A stretch of 32,000 bases of DNA from Cereibacter sphaeroides 2.4.1 (lineage in GTDB: Bacteria > Pseudomonadota > Alphaproteobacteria > Rhodobacterales > Rhodobacteraceae), in NCBI RefSeq assembly GCF_000012905.2, contig NC_007494.2, positions 480,001-512,000 of the forward strand, read 5' to 3'. How positions within the stretch are numbered: position 1 is the first letter of the stretch; each line of letters starts with the position of its first letter. The notes below the pieces were generated by a model that saw only the letters and a list, made by a program, of their open reading frames with translations, was not told the DNA's origin and made no database searches. Below, in pieces: positions 1 through 8,605 of this stretch. The position numbers and the translations under genes were made by a program.

Positions 1-319
1 GCGGGTGGCGGCCGCGGCTCACCAGATCGAGCACGGTGATGCCGTCGGGCGCCAGCGGCGACTGCGGCAGGAGCCCCATCCGGCGGGCAAGCTCGCGCGG
101 GGGGATGCGATGGACCGAGCGGCCGTCGAGCAGCACCTGCCCCTCGGCGGGCGAAAGGAGCCGCGACAGCGTCCGCAGTAGTGTGGACTTGCCGCAGGCA
201 TTCGCGCCGACGATGGCGGTGATCCGGCCGGGCGCCACCGCGAGATCGAGCCCGCGCAGCACTTGCCGGTCGCCGTAGCCAGCGGCAAGCTCGCTGACCA
301 CCAGCGCATTGTCGGTCAT
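1..319 (-). CDS. Iron-siderophore ABC transporter ATP-binding protein (FepC/FhuC/FecE family); 3' part cut off by the window edge
   Basis: Hand translation of the reverse strand from ATG 319..317 gives MTDNALVVSELAAGYGDRQVLRGLDLAVAPGRITAIVGANACGKSTLLRTLSRLLSPAEGQVLLDGRSVHRIPPRELARRMGLLPQSP..., including Walker A GANACGKST. An SD GGAGG lies 6 nt upstream. ATGA start/stop overlap with the upstream permease. Absent from the ORF track because it runs off the window. Confidence 0.9.
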   Translation of the reverse strand, partial: MTDNALVVSELAAGYGDRQVLRGLDLAVAPGRITAIVGANACGKSTLLRTLSRLLSPAEGQVLLDGRSVHRIPPRELARRMGLLPQSPLAPDGITVLDLVSRGRHP

Positions 320-1356
320 ATGGTGCCTCCGGCCCGGTTCACCCGGACGATGAGATAGATGAGGTAAGGCGCGCCGAGGGCGCCAGTGACGATTCCGACC
401 GGATAGCGGCCGGGCAGAAGCACCTGCCCTGCGAAATCGGCCAGAAGAACGAGAAGCGCGCCGATCAGCGCGGCCGGCAGCAGGATCGGCCGACCCGGCA
501 TGCCCAGACGCGCGGCGATGGGGCCTGCGAGGAAGGCCACGAAGGCGATGGGGCCCGCGACGGCGGTCGCCACCGCGATCAGCCCGACCACGCCCACGAG
601 GATCAGAAGCCGCGTCCGCGCGATCCGCACGCCGAGCGCCGCCGCCTTGTCGTCGCCGAGCCGCAGGGCCTCGAGCTCGCGGCTCCGGCACAGGAGGAGG
701 GTTCCGAACAGGGCGAGCGCCAGCAGGAGGGGCGGTGCGTCCGACAGCCGGGCGCCGTTCACGCTGCCTGTCATCCAGCGCAGCGCCTCCTGCAGGCTCC
801 AGTCCGGGGCGCGCAGGAGGAGATAGGCGGTCACGCTCTGCAGCATGGCCGAGATCCCGATCCCCACGAGGATCAGCCGCGCGCCCGCCACCCCGTCCCG
901 CCAGGCCAGGAGATAGATCGCAAGCGCGGTGGCGAGCCCGCAGAGGATGGCTGCGCCCGAGACGGCAGGCCCGCTCCAGCCCAGGACCACAATAGCGAAG
1001 ACGGCGGCGGCCCCGCTGCCTGCCGAGATGCCGATGATGTCGGGGCTGGCCAGCGGGCTGCGGAGCAGGGTCTGGCAGGCGGCGCCGCCCAAGCCGAAGC
1101 AGAGGCCGGCCAGAAGGGACAGCACCGCGCGCGGCAGCCGCAGCCGCTCGACGGTGAAGGAGGCCCCCGGCACCTCCTGCCCGGCCAGCACGCGGAGCAC
1201 GTCGAACGGCGCCACGGGCGTCGAGCCGACCGAGAGCGTCACCGCCACGGATGCGAGGATCAGGAGGACGAGGCCGAGCACGAGGGCTGCGCCCCGGCGC
1301 AGGCGACGGCGACGGTGGGCCGCGACCTCGGCGGCAAGGGAAGGTGCGGGGGTCAC
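316..1356 (-). CDS. Iron-siderophore ABC transporter permease (FepG/FecD-like)
   Basis: These are the last 346 codons of the 316..2382 ORF: VTPAPSLAAEV...LVLGLVLLILASVAVTLSVGS...LRSPLASPDIIGISAGSGAAAVF...LGDDKAAALGVR...GIVTGALGAPYLIYLIV. This is the typical FecCD-family polytopic permease pattern. GTG start 1356..1354 forms a GTGA overlap with the stop of the upstream permease. The N-terminal 340 aa of the track ORF is out-of-frame read-through. Confidence 0.85.
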   Translation of the reverse strand: MTPAPSLAAEVAAHRRRRLRRGAALVLGLVLLILASVAVTLSVGSTPVAPFDVLRVLAGQEVPGASFTVERLRLPRAVLSLLAGLCFGLGGAACQTLLRSPLASPDIIGISAGSGAAAVFAIVVLGWSGPAVSGAAILCGLATALAIYLLAWRDGVAGARLILVGIGISAMLQSVTAYLLLRAPDWSLQEALRWMTGSVNGARLSDAPPLLLALALFGTLLLCRSRELEALRLGDDKAAALGVRIARTRLLILVGVVGLIAVATAVAGPIAFVAFLAGPIAARLGMPGRPILLPAALIGALLVLLADFAGQVLLPGRYPVGIVTGALGAPYLIYLIVRVNRAGGTI

Positions 1357-2528
1357 AGCTCGCGGATCCTTCGTTGCCGCACGATCCAGATGAAGACCGG
1401 TGCACCCACGAAGGCCGTGACGATGCCCACGTCGAGCTCTCCCGGACGGGCGAGGATCCGGCCCAGCACGTCGGCGAGCATCAGCAGAAGCGCGCCTCCC
1501 AGCGCCGCGAAGGGCAAGAGCCAGCGGTGATCGACGCCGCAGAGGAGGCGGCAGAGATGCGGCACGGCGAGGCCCACGAAGCCGATGGGGCCGCAGATCG
1601 CCGTGACGGCGCCGCAGAGGAGAACCGCCCCCGCCGCCGCGACGAGGCGGCTCCGCGCGACGGAGAGGCCGAGGCCCGCCGCTGCATCGTCGCCGAGGGC
1701 GAGGATGTTCAGGGTGCGCGCGGAGAGGAGGCTCAGCGCCAGCCCCGCGAGGAGGACGGGCAGGAGAGCGAGGATCGCGTCGGGCGTGGCCCCGCCCACG
1801 CCCCCCACCTGCCAGGCCTGCACGCTGCCCGCGATGTCGTTGCGCGGCAGCAGGATCGCCATAGTCAGCGAGGAAACCGCGATCGAGGTGGCAGCCCCGG
1901 CCAGCGCGAGCTTGAGCGGCGTGGCCCCGCCGCGCCCGAGCGACCCCATCGTGTAGACGAGCGCCGCCGCGCCGCTCGCGCCGAGGATCGCCGTGCCGAG
2001 ATAGGCCGAAAGGGTCTCGATCCCGAACCAGGCCATGCCCACGACCACTGCCATGGCAGCACCTGCATTGACGCCGAGGATGCCCGGATCGGCGAGCGGG
2101 CTCCGCGTCACGCCCTGCATGACGGCGCCGGAAAGCCCCAGCGCCGCGCCCGCCAGCGCGGCGAGGATCGTGCGCGGCACCCGCACCGCCACCACCGCCT
2201 CGCCGATGGTGGCCGTGCGCCCGGCGAGCCCGCCCGCGATGTCCGCCCAGCCGACTTCGCGCGTCCCCACGCCCACCGAAAGCGCCGCCGCCACCGCCAG
2301 AGCCCCGAGGAGCAGGGCGAGCCCCGCCCAGCGGAGACGCGCCGGCCGCCGGAGCACGGGCGGCGCACCCGCCCTGCCCCATGTCGATGCGCGAGACAGC
2401 GGTGCGTCCGCACCGACCCGGCCCGGGCCGGAAGGCGGATCCCCGGCCGCATGTGCCAGGGCTGCGCGCGGGGCACGGGCCGAAGCTCCGCCCGCTGGAG
2501 CGTCAGGGCTGGGGAAGGGCCGGTTCAT
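1353..2528 (-). CDS. Iron-siderophore ABC transporter permease (FepD/FecC-like)
   Basis: FecCD-family signature along the ORF: RVPRTILAALAGAALGLSGAVMQGVTRSPLADPGILGVNAGAA...LGDDAAAGLGLSV...GIVTAFVGAPVFIWIV. ATG 2528..2526 makes an ATGA overlap with the binding-protein stop. The first ~57 aa are an A/P/G/R-rich extension, so an internal in-frame GTG at 2357 is an alternative start. Confidence 0.82.
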   Translation of the reverse strand: MNRPFPSPDAPAGGASARAPRAALAHAAGDPPSGPGRVGADAPLSRASTWGRAGAPPVLRRPARLRWAGLALLLGALAVAAALSVGVGTREVGWADIAGGLAGRTATIGEAVVAVRVPRTILAALAGAALGLSGAVMQGVTRSPLADPGILGVNAGAAMAVVVGMAWFGIETLSAYLGTAILGASGAAALVYTMGSLGRGGATPLKLALAGAATSIAVSSLTMAILLPRNDIAGSVQAWQVGGVGGATPDAILALLPVLLAGLALSLLSARTLNILALGDDAAAGLGLSVARSRLVAAAGAVLLCGAVTAICGPIGFVGLAVPHLCRLLCGVDHRWLLPFAALGGALLLMLADVLGRILARPGELDVGIVTAFVGAPVFIWIVRQRRIREL

Positions 2529-3502
2529 GGCACCCGGCGCGCGGCTTCGGCCAGCCGCCCGACATAATCCTCGAGCACCCAGGAGATCGAGAGCGGCGTC
2601 GGATTGGCGGCCGTGCCCACCGGATCGTTGCCGAGCAGCACGAGCGCCCCTTGCGACACCGCCTTCATCCGCGAGGTGAGCGGGTTCTCAGACACGCGCT
2701 CGCGCAGCGGCTCTCCGCCGTAGGTCACGAGAATGTCGACATCGTCGAACCGGTCGATCCGCTCGGCGCTGGCCTCGGCGGCATAGGTTCCGCCGGACGA
2801 GGCTTCGCGCACACTCTCGGGCGTCACCAGGCCCAGATCCTCGAAGAACTTCACCCGCGTGTCGGTCGCGGAATAGAAGCGGATCACGCTCAGATCGCGG
2901 ATGTCGAGATGGGTGGCGAACATCGCCGTCCTGCCGCGGATCTCGGGATGGCGCGCGACCGTCTCGGCGATCTCGCCCTCGATGCGCCCGATGAGCGCCT
3001 CGCCCTCGGCGGCCATCCCCATCGCCGCGCCGTTCAGCCGGATCATCTCGCGCCAGTCGGTGGCCCAGGGCGCCTCGCGATAGGGCACCACCGGCGCGAT
3101 CTCGCTCAGCGTCTCGTAATCGGCGCGGCTGAGGCCGGAATAGGCGGCGAGGATCACGTCGGGGGCGCTCGCCGCCACCGCCTCGAAGTCGATCCCGTCG
3201 CCCTCGTCGAAGAGCGGCGGCGCCTCGGCGGCCAGCTCCTCCAGCCGCTCGGCGACCCAGGGCAGCAGCCCGTCCCCGTCGTCGTCGCCGAAGTTGGCGC
3301 GGGCGAAGCCCACCGGCACCACGCCGAGGGCGAGCGGCACCTCGTGGTTGGCCCAGGCGACCGTGGCCACCCGGACGGGGCGCTCGGGGATCACGGTGCG
3401 GCCGAAGGCATGGTCGATGGCCAGCGGAAAGTCCTGTGCCGCTGCGGCGGGCGCGAGGGCCAGAAGCGCCAGGATGAGCGGGCGCAAGAGGATGGATGAC
3501 AT
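2525..3502 (-). CDS. Periplasmic iron-siderophore binding protein (FhuD/FepB-type, cluster A-II SBP)
   Basis: Start chosen at ATG 3502..3500, giving MSSILLRPLILALLALAPAAAAQD (signal peptide) with a strong SD GAGGGAGG upstream. The body (RVATVAWANHEVPLALGVVPVG...PDVILAAYSG...) fits periplasmic binding proteins that sit next to FecCD permeases. It is the first gene of the coupled 4-gene operon. Confidence 0.85.
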   Translation of the reverse strand: MSSILLRPLILALLALAPAAAAQDFPLAIDHAFGRTVIPERPVRVATVAWANHEVPLALGVVPVGFARANFGDDDGDGLLPWVAERLEELAAEAPPLFDEGDGIDFEAVAASAPDVILAAYSGLSRADYETLSEIAPVVPYREAPWATDWREMIRLNGAAMGMAAEGEALIGRIEGEIAETVARHPEIRGRTAMFATHLDIRDLSVIRFYSATDTRVKFFEDLGLVTPESVREASSGGTYAAEASAERIDRFDDVDILVTYGGEPLRERVSENPLTSRMKAVSQGALVLLGNDPVGTAANPTPLSISWVLEDYVGRLAEAARRVP

Positions 3503-3625
3503 GTCGGACCTCCCTCGGGACGGAGCTGCGTTGGGCCGGCCTTTCCATCCCGACCCGCCTCCGTCAAGGCGCAGAGGGCCTGTTTTCAGGCACGAAATCG
3601 CCATGAGGGCGAAGTTTCCAGAGAA

Positions 3626-3644
3626 TCCGACAAGAACAGTCGGA
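3626..3644. promoter_or_regulatory. 19-bp dyad TCCGAC-N7-GTCGGA in the divergent promoter between the siderophore ABC operon and the TonB-dependent receptor; candidate iron-regulator operator
   Basis: Read directly from the sequence as tccgacaagaacagtcgga, with perfect 6-bp arms. It lies in the lowest-GC part of the 327-bp divergent intergenic region. One such dyad is not statistically strong on its own. Confidence 0.25.
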
Positions 3645-3829
3645 ATCTACAATACAGCGGCCTCTCCGCTCCGCTAGGGCTGCCGCCGATCGCACCGGCC
3701 TCGTGAGGCCGGAGCGGTCCCTCGCGCCCGTGCCGGGCGCGGCGGCCCCCGGCGGTGCCGGGAGATCAGCCAGCGGATGGGGCAGCCCGTCGGGCCAGCG
3801 CGCAGAGACCCTCAACCAGTGGAACGCCC

Positions 3830-5977
3830 ATGACCCCCCGACACGCGGACAGATCGCGCCTCCTCCTCCGTCATCCCTGCCTCAGGGCGCTCCTGCTCGG
3901 AGGGTCGGCACTGGTGGCCTTGCCCACGGTCCTCCGCGCCCAGGATGCGGCGGACGACGCGGCCGCGGGCGCCTTCCGCCTCTCGCCCATCATCGTGGAT
4001 GCGGCCGCCGCGGCCGACGACGATGCCCGTTCGGTCGTGGCGCAGGAGCTCTGGGTCGGCGGCAAGGTCGCGACCAGCCTGCTCGACACGCCCGCCTCGG
4101 TGTCGGTCGTGACCCAGGCCGAGATCCGGGCGCGCGCCGCCACCACCACCGAGGAGGTGCTGCAATACTCCGCGGGCATCGTCACCGACTATTACGGCAG
4201 CGACGACCGCAACGACTATTTCCTCGTCCGCGGCTTTCAGGCCTCGACCTACCGCGACGGGCTGACGCTGGGCTCGATGCGCGGCGTGCGCGAGGAGCCC
4301 TATGCCTACGAGCGGATCGAGGTGCTGAAGGGCGCGAACTCGACCCTGTTCGGCGTCTCCGATCCGGGCGGCTCGGTGAATTTCGTGACCAAGGTGCCGC
4401 AGTTCACCCGCTTCGGCGAGGTCTACGGCCAGATCGGCACCAACGACCACAGGGAACTGGGCTTCGATCTGGGCGACGTGCTGAACGAGCAGGGGACGCT
4501 CGCCTACCGCTTCACCGGCAAGGTGAAGGACAGCGCGCTCGACTATGACACGTCGCGCGACGACGACGCTTTCCTGATGGGCGGTCTCACCTGGGCGCCG
4601 ACCGAGGCCACCACGTTGACGCTGGTCTACGACCATCTGAAGCGCGACGGCACGCCGAACAGCGGCGGCTATCCGCTCGACCGCGAATACGATCGCGGCG
4701 ACTTCTTCGGCGAGGCCGACTTCAACGATCATGATGTCGCGCGCGACACGCTGACGGCCATGCTGCGCCACGATTTCGGCGGCGGGCTGAGCCTGACCGC
4801 GAACCTGCGCTACAGCGACCTCGCCGACGATTTCGGCTATATCTACCTGTCGGATTCGGCCTCTCGCGTGGGCACCGAGCTCTCGCGCTTCTATTTCGGC
4901 ACCGACAGCACGGCCGAAGAGCTGATCGGCAACGCCATCCTGCAATATGACACGAGCTTCGGCAGCACCGACAGCAGCACGCTGGTCGGGATCGAGTATC
5001 GCGACGCGGCGCTCTCCTCGGCGTCGTTCTACGGTGGGGCGGGCACCATCGACATCGCGACGGGGATCGCGACCGGCGTGCCCTCGAACCTCGCGCCCTA
5101 CGAGACACGCAAGAGCGACTACACGACGAAGTCGGTGTTCCTGCAGCAGAACCTGTCCTTCGCCGACCGGCTGGTGGCGACCGTGGGCCTGCGGCACGAC
5201 TGGCTCGACCTTAGGTCCCGCGGCACAGCTTCGGGCACGGCCTTCGACGACAGCGACGATTTCTCGGAGACCTCAGTCCGCGGTGCGCTGACCTACAAGG
5301 TCACCGACGAGGTCTCGGCCTATGCGAGCTATGTGGAATCGGTGGCGCCGCCCTCCATCGGGGTCGAGCCCGAGCGCGGCGAGCAATATGAGATCGGCGT
5401 GAAATACCAGCCCGCAGGCAGCCGGGCGCTCCTGTCGGCGGCGATCTTCGACCTGACCCGGCAGGACATGACGATCCCGGTCGTTCTCGGCGACGGCACC
5501 ATCGTGCGCGAGGTGGTGGGCGAGACGCGCGTGCGCGGCTTCGAGATCGAGGGCAAGGCCGAGATCGCCGAGAACTGGGACGTGATCGCGGCCTATTCCT
5601 ATCAGGATGCCGAGCTCACGCGGGCGGTGGTGCGCGGCACCGACGTGTCGGGCAACCAGTTCGCCAACGTGCCGAAGACCATGGCCTCGCTCTGGGTGAA
5701 CTACACCCTGCCGGGACGGGCGCGCGGCGGCGATATGACCTTCGGCCTCGGCGCCCGCTACATCGGCAGCTATCAGTTCGCGGAAACGAACGCGACCGGC
5801 GAGAGCGACGCCACGACGCTCTTCGACGCGGCCTTCAGCTACGACATCGCCGAGAACACCGGCCTGTCCGTCAATGTGAGCAACCTCTTCGACGAGCAGC
5901 ATGTCGTGGGTCGCGGCACGGCCGACTATTACAACCCGGGCCGCACCGTTACGGCCACGCTGCGCCGCACCTGGTGA
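3830..5977 (+). CDS. TonB-dependent siderophore receptor (FhuA/FhuE/FoxA-like outer-membrane transporter)
   Basis: From ATG 3830: MTPRHADRSRLLLRHPCLRALLLGGSALVALPTVLRAQD (signal). A TonB-box/plug region follows (FRLSPIIVDA...VSVVTQAEIRARAATTTEEVLQYSAGI...ERIEVLKGANSTLFG). Then a long beta-barrel with alternating pattern and a C-terminal ...GRTVTATLRRTW. Adjacent to siderophore ABC genes. Confidence 0.9.
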   Translation: MTPRHADRSRLLLRHPCLRALLLGGSALVALPTVLRAQDAADDAAAGAFRLSPIIVDAAAAADDDARSVVAQELWVGGKVATSLLDTPASVSVVTQAEIRARAATTTEEVLQYSAGIVTDYYGSDDRNDYFLVRGFQASTYRDGLTLGSMRGVREEPYAYERIEVLKGANSTLFGVSDPGGSVNFVTKVPQFTRFGEVYGQIGTNDHRELGFDLGDVLNEQGTLAYRFTGKVKDSALDYDTSRDDDAFLMGGLTWAPTEATTLTLVYDHLKRDGTPNSGGYPLDREYDRGDFFGEADFNDHDVARDTLTAMLRHDFGGGLSLTANLRYSDLADDFGYIYLSDSASRVGTELSRFYFGTDSTAEELIGNAILQYDTSFGSTDSSTLVGIEYRDAALSSASFYGGAGTIDIATGIATGVPSNLAPYETRKSDYTTKSVFLQQNLSFADRLVATVGLRHDWLDLRSRGTASGTAFDDSDDFSETSVRGALTYKVTDEVSAYASYVESVAPPSIGVEPERGEQYEIGVKYQPAGSRALLSAAIFDLTRQDMTIPVVLGDGTIVREVVGETRVRGFEIEGKAEIAENWDVIAAYSYQDAELTRAVVRGTDVSGNQFANVPKTMASLWVNYTLPGRARGGDMTFGLGARYIGSYQFAETNATGESDATTLFDAAFSYDIAENTGLSVNVSNLFDEQHVVGRGTADYYNPGRTVTATLRRTW

Positions 5978-6088
5978 GCCGCCGCGCGGGCCCTCCTCGG
6001 ACCTGTGGCGACGGTCCCGCATCAGACCGGGCCGCCGCCTTGGTGGCTGCTGCGCGGACGGCCTCGGACCCGGGGCGGCGCTCCCGCC

Positions 6089-7008
6089 TCAGGCCCGGCG
6101 CGCCGCCCCGCTTTCGGGCGGCGCCGCGCAGAGCCGGGCGCGGCGCCAGGCGCCCGGCGGCTGGCCTGTCACCTGACGGAAGACGCGCGTCAGATGCGCC
6201 TGATCGCTGAAGCCCAAGCGGTCGGCGATCTCGGCCACGCTGAGGTTCTCCTCGAGAAGGGTCTGCGCCAGCTCGACCCTCTGGCGTAGCTGCCATTGCA
6301 GCGGCGTGACCCCGGTCGTGTCCCGGAAGAGCCGGGTGAACCAGCTCTCGGACAGGCCCACCACCTGCGCCATCTCGGCCACCGACTGGCCGCGCCCGCC
6401 CCCGCCCGGAAGGCGCGCTCGAGCTTGCGGATCTGGCCCTGCGTCAGCCGCGTGCGGCTCATGGCCTCCTCTCCCGACGCGAGATCCAGAAGCCCGGTGA
6501 CAAGGCCCGCGGCCAGCGTCTCGGCATGGATCCGATGATGCGCAGGCGCGACCGTTTCCTCCACCAGAAGCTCCGCCAGTGTCAGAAGGGACCGCGTCGC
6601 CTCGCTCTCGACCGGACGGGCGAGGACATCGAGCGCGGCGGACCGGCCGAGGGCCGGGGTCAGCATCTTCAACAGCCGGTCGCGGTGCAGATGCAGGTCG
6701 AGATGGGCAAAGCTGTGGTCGCAGGTGAAATGGGTCCACATCGGCAGCCCGGCAGGCACATAGAGCACGCGCGGCAGCGCCCGGCCCAGATGCGCCCGGC
6801 CGCCGGAGTCGTTCGACAGCCGGATCGAGGAGACCTCGTCGAGAAAGACCATGATCCGCGGATGCTGCGAGAGATAGTAGCCCCGTCCGCCCCGGACGCC
6901 GCGGGCCTGCCAGAAGACGCTGGTCGCGCCCTCCATCCGGCGCCACCGCACCGGCGCGGTGCGATCGATCCCGTCCGTCTGTCCGATGAAGTCGCTGTGA
7001 AAGCTCAT
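6089..7008 (-). pseudogene. AraC-family transcriptional regulator (siderophore-locus type), reading frame broken near a C5/G5 run at 6399..6403
   Basis: The N-terminal sensor part MSFHSDFIGQTDGIDRTAPVRWRRMEG...RLTQGQIRKLERAF is in the frame of ORF 6190..7455. The AraC HTH part GQSVAEMAQVVGLSESWFTRLFRDTTGVTPLQWQLRQRVELAQTLLEENLSVAEIADRLGFSDQAHLTRVFRQVTGQPPGAWRR is in the frame of ORF 6089..6946. The two frames meet at about 6385..6410. The span is 920 nt, one short of a multiple of 3. Confidence 0.6.
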
Positions 7009-7806
7009 CCAGCTCCGGGCTCCCGGTCGAGGTGACATGAGGATGCTGGCTGGCAGGACGAGAGTGTCCGGATGGCTGCGCGGGCGCGAGGCCCCTGCGG
7101 GCCGGGCCAAGGCCGCCCCGCAGGAAACACCTGCCGCAAGAGGAGAGGTGAGGTCAAGCTGCCCGAAGGCCATCCGAGGGCGGCGCGCCCGCCTGAAGCC
7201 GCCCGATGGGGTGCCTTCCGCTTCGGGGGCCGCCCGCAAGGGGCGGGGTCCCCGCGGCCATACGGAGACCCCGGAGCTGCCGCTCCGGCCGCAAATCACC
7301 GAAGCCGCAGATCCTCCCTTCGGAAAGCTAAACCACATTCCCGTCTCCATAAAAAGATCATCATGCAATCGGCCTTGCAGAGGTCCGATGGTGGCCGCGC
7401 GTCCCTTTCCCTCAAGGCGCCCGCATCCGTCCTCCTGGTTGAAAAAGACCTTCACCCCGGGGTTGCGGCAGCACCCGGAGCCGCCGCAGCCCTGTCAGCG
7501 CCGCATGTTGGAGCGAATCGACAGCGCGCATCCAGCAGCCACTGGGAGGCCGTGCCTGCCCGACGCTCACCCCGCTTGGGAAGCGTCCGTGCCCTCTCGG
7601 CACGCCGAAAGCCCGCGGAGCTTCCGATGCGCCATGACTGCCCTTGCGACGGTCCGAGGTGCGGGAAAGGCTTGCGCCCGGCGGCGGAGGCGTCTCTGGT
7701 TGGGGCAACGGCAGATGGCTCTGCCTCCCGGCGCGGGCCGCGATCCCGCGCCTGGAACCCGTCAGATACCGCCGGCCCGTGTCCGGCCCCACCCGGAGGA
7801 GACCCC

Positions 7807-8385
7807 ATGACCGACACGGCCGAGCTGCCCGTCAGCCGCTTTCCCGTTCCGCGCCTTTCGGATCTGCCCGACGACATCCGCAGCCGCATCGAGGCCGTCC
7901 AGGAGAAGTCGGGCTTCGTTCCCAACGTCTTCCTCACGCTCGCCCACCGCCCCGACGAGTTCCGCGCCTTCTTCGCCTACCACGATGCGCTGATGGACAG
8001 GCCCGGCGGCCTGAGCAAGGCCGAACGCGAGATGATCGTCGTGGCCACGTCGACCGCGAACCAGTGCCAGTACTGCGTGATCGCCCACGGGGCGATCCTG
8101 CGCATCCGGGCCAAGAACCCGCTCGTGGCCGATCAGGTGGCGATCAACTACCGCAAGGCCGACATCACCCCGCGCCAGAAGGCCATGCTCGATTTCGCCA
8201 TGAAGGTCTCGACCCGGGCGCACGAGGTGGGAGAGACCGATTTCGATGCCCTGAAGCAGCAGGGATTCGAGGAGGAGGATATCTGGGACATCGCCGCGAT
8301 CTCGGCCTTTTTCGGCATGTCGAACCGGCTGGCCAATGTCACCAGCATGCGTCCGAACGCCGAATTCTACGCGATGGGGCGCTGA
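7807..8385 (+). CDS. Peroxidase-related enzyme, carboxymuconolactone decarboxylase/AhpD-like (CMD) family
   Basis: ATG 7807 is preceded by SD GGAGGAG. The sequence [63 protein letters not shown]...[31 protein letters not shown] carries the CxxC(H) motif typical of AhpD/CMD proteins. Only the last 192 codons of ORF 7072..8385 look protein-like. Confidence 0.85.
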   Translation: MTDTAELPVSRFPVPRLSDLPDDIRSRIEAVQEKSGFVPNVFLTLAHRPDEFRAFFAYHDALMDRPGGLSKAEREMIVVATSTANQCQYCVIAHGAILRIRAKNPLVADQVAINYRKADITPRQKAMLDFAMKVSTRAHEVGETDFDALKQQGFEEEDIWDIAAISAFFGMSNRLANVTSMRPNAEFYAMGR

Positions 8386-8605
8386 GGAGGGCCTTGGACC
8401 ACGAGCCGAGGCGGCCCGCCGCACGCTGAGCGCCTGGAGGTGCGGCGGCGGTTGCCGTTCTGTCAGACAGAGATCCGTTTACCGTTCGTTCAAGTTCCGC
8501 ACGCAAGATTGCGGCCGGACCCTGACGCTGCCGGCCGCCGGAGGTGCAGGGGTCCGTTTCTGCCCGCGCACGTCTGCTGCTCAGTTCACTCGTTTGGTTC
8601 GGACC

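Noticed and set aside
1357-2382. N-terminal 342 aa of the 688-aa ORF 316..2382
   Set aside because: - The translation is low-complexity (GGGGA, RRR, HGH runs).
- It overlaps the FepD-like permease, which is read in another frame.
- Only the segment downstream of the GTG at 1356 has permease character, and it is GTGA-coupled to the upstream gene.
3812-5197. 461-aa antisense ORF inside the TonB-dependent receptor gene (similar cases: 8339..9856, 15537..17171, 17576..19360, 19803..20777, 30576..31934)
   Set aside because: Each lies opposite a gene with clear family motifs. Each has Arg/Gly/Ala/Pro/His-biased translations without domains. All are GC-driven open antisense frames.
6100-6124. 9-bp-stem hairpin GCGCCGCCC-cgctttc-GGGCGGCGC between the convergent TonB receptor and AraC genes, considered as a bidirectional terminator
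   Set aside because: It lies inside the 3' coding end of the AraC HTH frame and has no U-tract on either strand. GC-rich hairpins of this size are common in such DNA.
7072-7806. N-terminal 245 codons of ORF 7072..8385, which would make a 437-aa CMD protein
   Set aside because: - The upstream part is Arg/Pro/Ala-rich and not protein-like.
- CMD/AhpD-like proteins are ~180-200 aa.
- A strong SD (GGAGGAG) precedes ATG 7807, where the family-typical N-terminus begins.
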